Source: an uncultured Hymenobacter sp.
Lineage (GTDB): Bacteria; Bacteroidota; Bacteroidia; Cytophagales; Hymenobacteraceae
Direction of reading: 5' to 3'
Assembly (NCBI GenBank): GCA_964251335.1
Contig: CAXUKA010000001.1
Location: forward strand, 20,034-84,033
Length of the DNA stretch: 64,000 nt
Under the pieces are notes generated by a model that saw only the letters and a program-made list of their open reading frames with translations, did not search any database and had not been told where the DNA came from. Shown piece by piece: positions 18,144 to 26,708 of the stretch. How positions within the stretch are numbered: the first letter of the stretch is position 1; every line of letters begins with the position of its first letter. A program made the translations under genes and the position numbers.

Positions 18144-19124
18144 CTAGGGCAACGCCGCTACCCGGGCCTGCAGCTGGTACAGTTCCTGCTTTTGCAGCGC
18201 CACGCTGGATTCCAGTTGGTCGTAGAAGTTGGCGCGGATGCGCAGCTCGCTGGCTTCGTAGGTGCCGCCCCGGCCGAAGAGCAGCGTGAGCAGCCGCTGC
18301 CGGTCGGCCGGGCTTTTGGCTCCCAGCTCGCCGGTAGTCTGCCAGCGGTGCAGCAGCACCTGGCGCGGCGAGAGCATCCCGTCGCCGGCGGGGGCGTTGA
18401 GGTAGGCCCACACCACGGGCGGCAGCGTCCGCGGCTGGCCAGCACGCTGGCCCACGTCGGCCAGGGCGTTGCGGCGGTGCGCAAACGGGCGTTGGGTGTC
18501 GGGGGCGCGCAGCGTGAGCAGCCCGAGGGTGGCGCCCGCCAGGCCGAAGGCGATGCCCACCGGCCGGTAGATGGTTTTGCGCACCTCCAACAGGGACAGC
18601 ACGCCGGTCACGACCGTGCCGATGGCTCCCAGCAGGATGGACAGCAGCGTGTAGGTGCGGATGTGGCTGGCCGCCTGGTCGAGCAGGTAGTCGGCCACCT
18701 GGTCGGCGCGCTCCTCCTCGCAGTCCAGCTCGGCGGCGGTGCTGCTCACGGCCAGGGTGAGGCTGGCCAGCTGCTCGCTCACCCGCTGCCGCGCCTGCAA
18801 GCCCGCCAGCGAGCCGGGCGGCGCGGCCACCAGCTGGTGCAGGGCCGGGGCCAGGCCGTAGCGGTTGGCGGCGGCCATCGTGGCGGGGGCAAAGGCGCGG
18901 CGCAGCAGCGAATCGGCGGCTAGCCGGGCATCCGGCAGTACGGGGCCGGGAAGCGGGGGCGCGGGCTCGACCGGGGCGCAAGCTACGCCGCCCGCCGCCT
19001 CCTGGGCGCGGGAAACGCCGATTTGGGCCACCACGCAGCCGCTCAGCCAGCCCAGCAGCACGAGGCTGGCCCCGGCCGCGCTCCGCCACCGCCGGGCAAC
19101 TGAAGAAAAAGAGAATGCGCGCAT
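18144..19124 (-). CDS. Membrane lipoprotein of unknown function
   Basis: The internal Met gives MRAFSFSS...LVLLGWLSGC (lipobox-like). Two central TM helices (YTLLSILLGAIGTVVTGVLSLL and VGIAFGLAGATLGLLTL) are present. The longer ORF would run over the riboswitch. Confidence 0.5.
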   Translation of the reverse strand: MRAFSFSSVARRWRSAAGASLVLLGWLSGCVVAQIGVSRAQEAAGGVACAPVEPAPPLPGPVLPDARLAADSLLRRAFAPATMAAANRYGLAPALHQLVAAPPGSLAGLQARQRVSEQLASLTLAVSSTAAELDCEEERADQVADYLLDQAASHIRTYTLLSILLGAIGTVVTGVLSLLEVRKTIYRPVGIAFGLAGATLGLLTLRAPDTQRPFAHRRNALADVGQRAGQPRTLPPVVWAYLNAPAGDGMLSPRQVLLHRWQTTGELGAKSPADRQRLLTLLFGRGGTYEASELRIRANFYDQLESSVALQKQELYQLQARVAALP

Positions 19125-19224
19125 GCCAGGTAAAGAGGAATTTACCTCAACGGGAAAAAATAAAGCCGGGTTTTTCGGTCCTTCCGGCAACACGCTAGTT
19201 GACGCCCCGTATACTTGCCCCGAA

Positions 19225-19290
19225 ATACGGTGATGGATTTCCACCGCGAACCGCCGGAGCTTTTGTTCCGCGCTGATGATTCCTACGAGA
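19225..19290 (+). promoter_or_regulatory. Fluoride riboswitch (crcB RNA motif)
   Basis: GGTGATGGATTTCCACC-gcg-AACCGCC-GGAGC-tttt-GTTCCG-CG-CTGATGATTCCTAC. P1 is GGTG/CACC. P3 is CGGAGC/GUUCCG with a UUUU loop. A GGAUU/AUUCC pseudoknot has one U-U mismatch. The conserved GAUGG, AACCGCC, CUGAUGA and CCUAC blocks are all present, about 40 nt upstream of a CLC-F gene. Confidence 0.8.
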
Positions 19291-19328
19291 CGGCCAGCCG
19301 CTGACGCTGTGCCGAGTAGTTCATCCTA

Positions 19329-20651
19329 GTGTTCGCCGCCATGCCGTTCCGTGCCGTTTATTCGCGCCTCGTGCCCGCCCGTTTGCGGGCTTTCTCCCCC
19401 ACCCCGACGGTTGCGTTCGTGCTGCGCTGGCTGCTGCTGGCCAGCCTGGTCGGCGCGCTGGCTGGCACCGCTTCGGCGGGCTTTCTGGTAAGTTTGGAAG
19501 AGGTGACGGCTTGGCGCGAAGCGCACCCGTGGGCACTGGCCCTGCTGCCCCTGGGGGGCCTGCTGGTGGGGTTGGCCTACCTCCAGTTCGGCAACCGGGT
19601 GGTGAAGGGCAACAACCTCATTCTGGACGAAATCCACGCCCCCAGCGAAGTAATCCCGCTGCGGCTCGTGCCATTGGTGCTGGGAGGTACGCTGCTCACG
19701 CACCTGTTTGGCGGCTCGGCGGGCCGCGAGGGCACGGCCGTGCAGATGGGCGGGGCGCTGGCCGACCAGCTCTCGCGCTGGCTGCCCCGGCGCGAGCGGC
19801 ACCTGCTGCTTATTGCAGGCATGAGCGCGGGATTCGCCTCGGTGTTCGGCACGCCGCTGGCGGGGGCGGTGTTTGGGCTGGAAGTGTTTTTGCTGGGCTC
19901 GATGCGCTACGAGGCCATTTTGCCCAGCTTTCTGGCCGCCGTGGTGGCCGATGTGGTGACCCGGGCCTGGGGCGTGGGTCACACGCAGTACCCCGAGCTG
20001 GCGGCCGTGCCGCTCACGGCCCTGGGGCTGGGCTGCACGCTGCTGGCGGGGGCGCTGTTTGGGCTCACGGCTCGCGGGTTTGCTACGCTCACCCACTTTA
20101 TAAGTAAGCAGTTTGCGCGCATCGCCTATCCCCCGCTGCGGCCGGTGGTGGGCGGCGTGCTGGTGGCGGCTACCATGTGGGCGCTGGGCACGATGCGCTA
20201 CGCCGGCCTGGGGGTGCCCGTGATTGTGGAAGCCTTTCAGCACCCGCTGGGCATCCAGGATTTTGCCTGGAAGCTGGCGCTCACGGCCCTCACGCTGGGC
20301 GCGGGCTTCAAGGGTGGCGAGGTCACGCCGCTGTTTTTCATCGGCGCAGCGCTTGGGTCGGCGCTGGCTCCGGTGCTGCCGCTGCCGGTGGCCCTGCTGG
20401 CGGGCATGGGCTTCGTGGCCGTGTTCAGCGGGGCGGCCAACACGCCGCTGGCCTGCCTCTTTATGGGGCTGGAGCTGTTTGGCACGCACGCGGGCATCTA
20501 CCTGGGCGTGGCCTGCGTGGTGGCCTATTTGTTTTCGGGCCACAGCGGTATTTATACTGCCCAGAGAGTGGGCCACCCCAAGCACCCGCTGCTGGGCCGC
20601 CACCTCGGCCGCCGGCTGGGCGAGCTGCACCAGGCGGCGCGGCAGCCCTAG
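19329..20651 (+). CDS. CLC-F type fluoride/proton antiporter (EriC-F, N-T subclade)
   Basis: GNNLI replaces GSGIP. GREGT is present (Thr after the gating Glu). GEVTP replaces GxFxP. The riboswitch lies upstream. Confidence 0.85.
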   Translation: MFAAMPFRAVYSRLVPARLRAFSPTPTVAFVLRWLLLASLVGALAGTASAGFLVSLEEVTAWREAHPWALALLPLGGLLVGLAYLQFGNRVVKGNNLILDEIHAPSEVIPLRLVPLVLGGTLLTHLFGGSAGREGTAVQMGGALADQLSRWLPRRERHLLLIAGMSAGFASVFGTPLAGAVFGLEVFLLGSMRYEAILPSFLAAVVADVVTRAWGVGHTQYPELAAVPLTALGLGCTLLAGALFGLTARGFATLTHFISKQFARIAYPPLRPVVGGVLVAATMWALGTMRYAGLGVPVIVEAFQHPLGIQDFAWKLALTALTLGAGFKGGEVTPLFFIGAALGSALAPVLPLPVALLAGMGFVAVFSGAANTPLACLFMGLELFGTHAGIYLGVACVVAYLFSGHSGIYTAQRVGHPKHPLLGRHLGRRLGELHQAARQP

Positions 20652-20700
20652 CCCCTCGGGCCACTCCCAGTATTCTTTCCTCTCTTACTGCCTGCTCGTG

Positions 20701-21303
20701 ATGCTCCATCACCTTCAACTGCTGGATACGCGCCTACTGCTGCTGGCCAACGGCCACCACACCCCATTCTGGGATGCGGTGCTGTGGTGGGCGAGCCAGA
20801 CGTTTACCTGGCTGCCCTTCTATGCCGCGCTGCTGGCCGTACTGGTGGGCAGCTTCGGCCGGCGGGCCTGGCTGCTGGTGCCGCTGATTGCCGTGCTCAT
20901 CCTGGCCAGCGACCAGCTGGCCTCGGGCCTGCTCAAGCCCTGGGCGCACCGCCTGCGCCCCAGCCACGAGCCGGGGCTGGCGGGGCAGCTGCACCTGCTG
21001 CACGGCTACCGGGGCGGCACCTACGGCTTCGTGTCGTCGCACGCCGGCAACGTGTTCGCGCTGGCTTTTTACTTGTTGTTCACCGCCCGGCACCGGCTGC
21101 CGTGGCTGGCCGGGGTGCTGTTTCCGTGGGCACTGCTGGTGGCCTACAGCCGGGTGTACCTGGGCGTGCACTACCCCTCCGACGTGCTGGCACCCGTCCT
21201 GTTGAGCATCCCCCTGGCTTATGGCGTGAGTCGCCTCTACGCCTGGGGGGCCGCGCGCTGGCTGCCGGTTGCTGCTACCACCCCTATTCTCCCCACTGCC
21301 TGA
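20701..21303 (+). CDS. PAP2-family phosphatase (membrane)
   Basis: KPWAHRLRPS, SSHAGN and SRVYLGVHYPSDV motifs. The ATG at 20701 lies 50 nt after the CLC-F stop. Confidence 0.8.
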   Translation: MLHHLQLLDTRLLLLANGHHTPFWDAVLWWASQTFTWLPFYAALLAVLVGSFGRRAWLLVPLIAVLILASDQLASGLLKPWAHRLRPSHEPGLAGQLHLLHGYRGGTYGFVSSHAGNVFALAFYLLFTARHRLPWLAGVLFPWALLVAYSRVYLGVHYPSDVLAPVLLSIPLAYGVSRLYAWGAARWLPVAATTPILPTA

Positions 21304-21773
21304 TGCCCAGTCCACTGCCCGTTCCCCCAGCCGGGGAGCCACTCCTCTCGCCTACTCACCAACGCGTGCTTAGCTCGCTGGTGCTGCTGCTCGAAGACCG
21401 CCTCACCGCCTTGCAGGCCCTGCTAGGGCCGCACCCGCCCGGCATCGCCCAGGTATGGGCCGATGACTTGAGTACCGCCGAGCACGCCGGCCTCACCGCC
21501 ACCGCCGAGGCTTTTCGCGCCGAACTGGCGGCCCTGCACGCCACTTACCGCCTCGATACGCAGCCCCGCTCGCCCCGCCACGAAGTGGCTTTTCGCGCCG
21601 CCCAGCTCTGGGAGATTCTGGGCGATGCGCCGGCCGCCAAGTTCAGCGGCTACGGGGCCCTACCCCCAACCCTGGCGCCCGACTGGGATGCCCGCGTGCA
21701 GTGCCTCACTGCCCTGGCCAACCAGCTGCTAGCGCAGGCAAACGCGCCCGATTCGGTCACTACGCCCGCCTGA
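21303..21773 (+). CDS. Hypothetical helical protein (156 aa), translationally coupled to PAP2
   Basis: TGATG overlap with the PAP2 stop. I recognise no motif. Confidence 0.5.
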   Translation: MPSPLPVPPAGEPLLSPTHQRVLSSLVLLLEDRLTALQALLGPHPPGIAQVWADDLSTAEHAGLTATAEAFRAELAALHATYRLDTQPRSPRHEVAFRAAQLWEILGDAPAAKFSGYGALPPTLAPDWDARVQCLTALANQLLAQANAPDSVTTPA

Positions 21774-21821
21774 CCCTTGTACATCAGACTTTCCCCTTAC
21801 CCTTTTTCCCTCAAACCCCCC

Positions 21822-23120
21822 ATGAAAATCACCTCGCTCACCGCCCTCGAAGTCCTCGACTCCCGCGGCAACCCCACCGTGGAAGCGGATATTACCCTCG
21901 AAGGCGGGGCCACCGGCCGCGCCCTGGTGCCGGCCGGCGCCAGTACCGGCGAAAAAGAAGCCGTGGAGCGGCGCGACAACGACCCGAAGCGCTACGGCGG
22001 CAAGGGCGTGCAACACGCCGTAGCCAACGTGCAAGGCGAAATCGCCCAGGCGCTGCTGGGCCAAGAGCTGGCCGACCAGGCCGACCTCGACCACCGCCTG
22101 ATTGCCCTGGACGGCACCGATAACAAGTCGCGCTTAGGGGCCAACGCCATCCTGGGCGTGTCGATGGCCTACGCCCGCGCCCTGGCCGCCGCCACTGGCC
22201 AGCCGCTCTACCGCCAGCTGGCCGACCAGGCCAGCTACGTGCTGCCCGTGCCCTGCCTGAACGTGCTCAACGGCGGCCGCCACGCCGACAACAACGTGGA
22301 TTTTCAGGAATTTATGATTGCCTCGCACAACGCGCCCACCTTTGCCGAGTCCATCCGCATGAGCGTGGAGACGTTTCACGCCCTCAAGGCCCTGCTCAAG
22401 CAGAAGGGCTACTACACGGGGGTAGGCGATGAGGGCGGCTTTGCCCCCAACCTGAAGTCGAACGAGGAGGCCGTGGAGCTGCTGCTCGAAGCCATCACGC
22501 AGGCGGGCTACCGGCCGGGTACTGACATCTCGCTCTGCCTCGACCCGGCGTCGAGTGAGCTGTGGGAAAAAGGCCAGGGCGGCCAGCCGGGCCAGTACCG
22601 CTTGTTCAAATCGACCAAGCAAACCTTTACTTCCGAGCAATTCAATGACCTATGGGTGAGCTGGGTGAATCAGTACCCCATCATCCTGCTCGAAGACGGC
22701 ATGGGCGAGGACGACTGGGCCGGCTGGCAGCTGCACACCAAGGCCTTGGGCAGTAAAATCGAGCTGGTGGGCGACGATATTTTCTGCACCAACCCGGCCA
22801 TTCTGCAAGCCGGTATCGACCAGCACATTGCCAACTCAGTGCTCATCAAGCTCAACCAAATCGGCACCGTCACCGAAACCCTGGAAACCGTGCGCCTGGC
22901 CCAGGCCAACGGCTATAATCAGTTCGTGTCGCACCGCTCGGGCGAAACCGAAGACACCTTCGTGGCCGACCTCACGGTGGCCACCGGCGCGGGTCACCTC
23001 AAAACCGGCAGCGGTTCGCGCTCCGAGCGCATCGCCAAGTTCAACCAGCTGCTGCGCATCGAGCGCGAGCTGGGCAGCGCGGGGCGCTTTGCGGGCATTA
23101 AAGCATTTAAGAACCAGTAG
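21822..23120 (+). CDS. eno: Enolase (phosphopyruvate hydratase)
   Basis: [39 protein letters not shown] and [12 protein letters not shown] motifs. Confidence 0.95.
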   Translation: MKITSLTALEVLDSRGNPTVEADITLEGGATGRALVPAGASTGEKEAVERRDNDPKRYGGKGVQHAVANVQGEIAQALLGQELADQADLDHRLIALDGTDNKSRLGANAILGVSMAYARALAAATGQPLYRQLADQASYVLPVPCLNVLNGGRHADNNVDFQEFMIASHNAPTFAESIRMSVETFHALKALLKQKGYYTGVGDEGGFAPNLKSNEEAVELLLEAITQAGYRPGTDISLCLDPASSELWEKGQGGQPGQYRLFKSTKQTFTSEQFNDLWVSWVNQYPIILLEDGMGEDDWAGWQLHTKALGSKIELVGDDIFCTNPAILQAGIDQHIANSVLIKLNQIGTVTETLETVRLAQANGYNQFVSHRSGETEDTFVADLTVATGAGHLKTGSGSRSERIAKFNQLLRIERELGSAGRFAGIKAFKNQ

Positions 23121-23191
23121 CTTAGGCAGCCGGCGGAGCTGGCCCTAGGGGGCGGCCGGGCTGGCTGGCCACCTTTTCAATGTAGCCGCTT

Positions 23192-24415
23192 ATGGACACT
23201 TCCCGTTTGCCCCCGGCCCCGCCGGCCGCCCTGCGCACGGCCACGCGCTTCGTGCTGCTGCTGGGCGTAGTCAGCCTGTTTGCCGACATGACCCACGAGT
23301 CCGCCCGCAGCATCAACGGGCCGTTTCTGGCCGGGCTGGGGCGCAGCAGCGTCACCATCGGCTGGGTGGCGGGCACGGGCGAGCTGCTGGGCTACGGGCT
23401 GCGCAGCGTGGCCGGCTACTTTGCCGATAAAACGCAGCGCTACTGGCTGATAACCTTCGTGGGCTACGCCCTGAACATGGCCTGCGTGCCCCTGCTGGCG
23501 CTGGCCGGCTACTGGCCGCTAGCAGTGGGCCTGATGGTGGCCGAGCGCGTGGGCCGGGCCATCCGCACGCCGGCCCGCGATGCCATGCTGGCCCACGGCA
23601 CGCAGCTCATCGGGCGGGGCTGGGGCTTCGGCATCTCGCAGGCGCTCGACCAGCTGGGGGCCACGCTGGGGCCGCTGCTGGTGGCGGCCGTGCTGCGCTA
23701 CCACCCGCGCGACTACCCCCTGGCCTACGGGCTGCTGGCCGGGCCGGCGGTGCTCACGCTGCTGGCGCTGGCCGTGGCCCACCGCCAGTACCCGCACCCC
23801 GAGCAGCTCGAAGCTCCGGTGGCGGCCCCCATGGGGGCAAGCCCGGCGGGCTACCCGCGCCGCTTCTGGGCCTACCTACTGGCGGCCAGCCTGGTAGCGG
23901 CGGCCTACGTCGATTTTCCGCTCATCGCCCTGCACTTCGCCCAGCGCCACGTGCTGGCCAGCGCCACCATTCCGGTGTACTACGCCGTGGCCATGGGCAG
24001 CGACGCGCTGGCCTCGCTCGGGTTGGGCCGGCTCTTCGACCGGCGCGGGCCGGTGGCCGTGACGGTGGGCGTGCTGGCCGGGGTGCTGTTCGCGCCGCTC
24101 GTGTTCTGGGGCGGGCCGGCGGCGGCGCTGGGCGGCATGGTGCTTTGGGGCATTGGGCTGGCGGCACAGGAGTCGGTGCTCAAGGCCGAGGTGGCGCGGC
24201 TGCTGCCCCCGGCGCGGCGGGCGCAGGCCTTCGGGCTGTTCGACACGGGCTTCGGCGTGGCCTGGTTTGCGGGCAGCGTGGCCCTGGGCTACCTCTACGA
24301 TTATTCCCTGGCGGGCCTGGTGGCGTTTTCGGTGCTGGGCCAGGTGCTGGGCGTGGCCCTGTTTACCTGGCTGGGCCGCCGGCCGGCCGCTGGCGCGGCT
24401 TTGGAAGGTGTTTAA
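23192..24415 (+). CDS. MFS transporter
   Basis: About 12 TM helices and an MFS loop motif (AERVGRAIRTPARDAM). Confidence 0.8.
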   Translation: MDTSRLPPAPPAALRTATRFVLLLGVVSLFADMTHESARSINGPFLAGLGRSSVTIGWVAGTGELLGYGLRSVAGYFADKTQRYWLITFVGYALNMACVPLLALAGYWPLAVGLMVAERVGRAIRTPARDAMLAHGTQLIGRGWGFGISQALDQLGATLGPLLVAAVLRYHPRDYPLAYGLLAGPAVLTLLALAVAHRQYPHPEQLEAPVAAPMGASPAGYPRRFWAYLLAASLVAAAYVDFPLIALHFAQRHVLASATIPVYYAVAMGSDALASLGLGRLFDRRGPVAVTVGVLAGVLFAPLVFWGGPAAALGGMVLWGIGLAAQESVLKAEVARLLPPARRAQAFGLFDTGFGVAWFAGSVALGYLYDYSLAGLVAFSVLGQVLGVALFTWLGRRPAAGAALEGV

Positions 24416-24421
24416 GAATTG

Positions 24422-24470
24422 AAACAAGGCGGTCATGCTGAGCGAAGCCGAAGCACGACCGCCTTGTTTT
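24422..24470 (+). terminator. Hairpin (13-bp stem) after the MFS gene, a possible attenuating terminator or REP-like element
   Basis: aaacaaggcggtc ...22-nt loop... gaccgccttgttt followed by tc. The loop plus stem contains gtcatgctgagcgaagccgaagca, reminiscent of the arm of the 17989 repeat. Confidence 0.5.
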
Positions 24471-24541
24471 CAGGTTTCTAATAGGCTAGCAGGCAGGTTA
24501 ACTCAAGCAATTCCCTTCTCACTTCACCCAATTTAACCAAC

Positions 24542-25312
24542 ATGAAAATCGCGCTTTTTAGTGATGTGCACGGCAACCTACCGGCCCTGGAGGCGGTGCT
24601 GGCCGACATCGAGGCCCAGCAGGTGGATGTGTGCTACTGCCTGGGCGACCTGGTGGACTTCGCGCCCTGGCCCAACGAGGTGATTGACCTGCTGCGCCGC
24701 CGCAACGTGCTCGTCATCCAGGGCAACCACGATGCGGGCATCGGGGCGCACCGGGCCGATTTCCCCTACTCGTACCGCACGGCGGCCGAGGAGGCGGCCG
24801 GCCGCCAGGCCATTGCCTGCACCAACGCCGCTATCACCGACCGCAACCGCGCCTACCTGCGCACCCTGCCCCACAATCTGCTGCTCGATGCCGGCCAGCA
24901 GCCGCCCTACCTGCGCGTGCTGCTCACCCACGGCAGCCCGGCCGACGTGAACCAGTACATCACCCCCGACTACGACGCGGAGGGGATGCTGGAGCTGCTG
25001 GAAGAGTACGGGGCCAACATTCTGTGCATGGGCCACACCCACCGCCCCTACCACCGCGTGCTGGCCACCGCGCAAGCCAACCAGCCGGCCTTTAAGCACA
25101 CTATCAACGTGGGCTCGGTGGGCCAGCCCAAGGACGGCGACCCCCGCGCCACCTGGTGCCTGCTGGAGCTGACCGAGGCCAGCACGCTGGCCGCCGCCGA
25201 CTCGGTGCGGGTGCAGCACTACCGCGTGGCCTACGACCTGGCCCGCACGGTGGCCGCCATCCAGGCCAGCGCCATCCCCGGTTTGTATGCCGAGGCCCTG
25301 CCCCGCGCCTGA
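24542..25312 (+). CDS. Metallophosphoesterase (YfcE/MJ0936-like calcineurin-fold)
   Basis: FSDVHGN, GDLVDFAPWPNEV, GNHD and GHTHRPY motifs. Confidence 0.85.
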   Translation: MKIALFSDVHGNLPALEAVLADIEAQQVDVCYCLGDLVDFAPWPNEVIDLLRRRNVLVIQGNHDAGIGAHRADFPYSYRTAAEEAAGRQAIACTNAAITDRNRAYLRTLPHNLLLDAGQQPPYLRVLLTHGSPADVNQYITPDYDAEGMLELLEEYGANILCMGHTHRPYHRVLATAQANQPAFKHTINVGSVGQPKDGDPRATWCLLELTEASTLAAADSVRVQHYRVAYDLARTVAAIQASAIPGLYAEALPRA

Positions 25313-25356
25313 GGCCCCTGGGACGGTTTTTTGTTTTCCTCCTTTTCCCGTTTGCC

Positions 25357-25917
25357 ATGCCCACACTTCATCCCTGGCACGAGCTATCGCCCGGCCCCGA
25401 GGCCCCCGCCGTGGTGCGGGCCGTCATTGAGATTTCGCGCGGCAGCCGCTGCAAGTACGAGCTGGATAAGCCCAGCGGCCTGCTGGTGCTCGACCGGGTG
25501 CTGCACTCGGCCATGCGCTACCCCGCCAACTACGGCCTGATTCTGCAGACCTACTACCTCGACCACGACCCGCTCGACATCCTGGTGCTGTGCGCCGAAG
25601 ACCTGGTGCCGCTGGCTACCGTGCCGGCCCGCGTCATCGGCCTGCTGCACATGGAAGATACTGGCCTGCCCGACGATAAACTCATCGCCGTGGCCGACCG
25701 CGACCCCACCTTCGCTGGCCTCGCCGACGTGGCCGAGCTGCCGGCGGCCGTGCGCGAGGAAATCCAGGATTTCTTCGCCCAGTATAAGCGCCTGGAAAAC
25801 AAGCCCGTCACGACCCTGGGCTTCGCCGGCCGGGCGGCGGCCCTGGCCTGCGTGCGCGAAAGCCTGACGCGCTACCAGCAGCAGGTAGTGCCCACGCTGG
25901 CGGCGCGCCAGCCCTGA
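25357..25917 (+). CDS. ppa: Family I inorganic pyrophosphatase
   Basis: VIEISRGSRCKYELDK, YPANYGLILQT, DHDPLDILVL and DDKLIAV motifs. Confidence 0.9.
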   Translation: MPTLHPWHELSPGPEAPAVVRAVIEISRGSRCKYELDKPSGLLVLDRVLHSAMRYPANYGLILQTYYLDHDPLDILVLCAEDLVPLATVPARVIGLLHMEDTGLPDDKLIAVADRDPTFAGLADVAELPAAVREEIQDFFAQYKRLENKPVTTLGFAGRAAALACVRESLTRYQQQVVPTLAARQP

Positions 25918-25928
25918 CCTTTACGGAC

Positions 25929-25957
25929 GCGGCCCTGGGGTAGGGCCGCGCTTTTTA
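25929..25957 (+). terminator. Hairpin plus T-tract between ppa and crcB
   Basis: gcggccct-ggggt-agggccgc followed by gcttttta. The crcB ATG starts at 25959. Confidence 0.5.
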
Positions 25958-25958
25958 T

Positions 25959-26336
25959 ATGCTTCGACTTCTGAGTATTATTGCCCTGGGCGGGGCCGTG
26001 GGCAGCGTGGGCCGCTACCTCTTGCAGCTGCTGGTGGCCCGGCACTTCGTGCACCCGTTTCCGCTGGGCACGCTGCTGGTCAACGTGTTGGGCTGCCTGC
26101 TCATTGGCTTTTTCTACGCGGCGGCCGAGCGGGGTACTATCGGCTCGCCCGAGCTGCGGCTGCTGCTCACTACGGGCTTCTGCGGGGGCTTCACCACGTT
26201 TTCGACCTTCTCCTACGAAACCATCAGCATGCTCACCGACGGCGAATATGGCTACGTGGCCCTCTACGTGGCCGGCAGCGTGCTGCTGGGGCTGGGGGCC
26301 ACGTTTGCGGGCGTGGTGGCGGTGCGCTTTTTATAA
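25959..26336 (+). CDS. crcB: Fluoride channel CrcB/FluC
   Basis: GGAVGSVGRYLL, GTLLVNVLGCLLIG and TGFCGGFTTFSTFSYE motifs, 4 TM helices. Confidence 0.9.
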   Translation: MLRLLSIIALGGAVGSVGRYLLQLLVARHFVHPFPLGTLLVNVLGCLLIGFFYAAAERGTIGSPELRLLLTTGFCGGFTTFSTFSYETISMLTDGEYGYVALYVAGSVLLGLGATFAGVVAVRFL

Positions 26337-26362
26337 ACTTCTCTTCTTAACCCTTTTATCGC

Positions 26363-26698
26363 ATGGCTACTTTGCAACCGGCGCAGCTGCTGCGCCTCTA
26401 CGTGAGCGAGCAGGACAAGCACCAGCACCAGCCGCTCTACGAGGCCCTGGTGTACGCGGCGCGGCAGGCGGGCCTGTCCGGGGCCACCGTCACCAAGGGC
26501 GTGCTAGGCTTCGGGGCGCAGGGCCAGGTGGAGTCGGCCAAGCTGCTGACCCTGGCCGAAAACCTGCCCCTGGTGCTGGACTTCGTGGATAGCCCGGCCT
26601 CCATCGCCCGCTTTCTGCCCGAGGTCGAGCGCCTGTTCAGCGAGGCGGGCAGCGGTGGGCTACTCACGCTGACCGAGGTACAAGCCGCGCATTATTAA
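26363..26698 (+). CDS. DUF190 domain protein (crcB-associated family)
   Basis: LRLYVSEQDKHQHQPLYEALVYAARQAGLSGATVTKGVLGFG...LPLVLDFVD pattern. Confidence 0.8.
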   Translation: MATLQPAQLLRLYVSEQDKHQHQPLYEALVYAARQAGLSGATVTKGVLGFGAQGQVESAKLLTLAENLPLVLDFVDSPASIARFLPEVERLFSEAGSGGLLTLTEVQAAHY

Positions 26699-26708
26699 GT
26701 ATTGACCA

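Noticed and set aside
20224-21303. The 359-aa ORF extending the PAP2 gene upstream
   Set aside because: The upstream 159 codons overlap the CLC-F gene in another frame and look non-coding. The ATG at 20701 gives a normal PAP2 N-terminus.
21774-25958. Additional fluoride riboswitches upstream of eno, the MFS gene, ppa or crcB
   Set aside because: I looked for the GATGG...AACCGCC...CTGATGA..CCTAC pattern in the intergenic gaps (21774..21821, 23121..23191, 24416..24541, 25313..25356 and 25918..25958) and did not see it.
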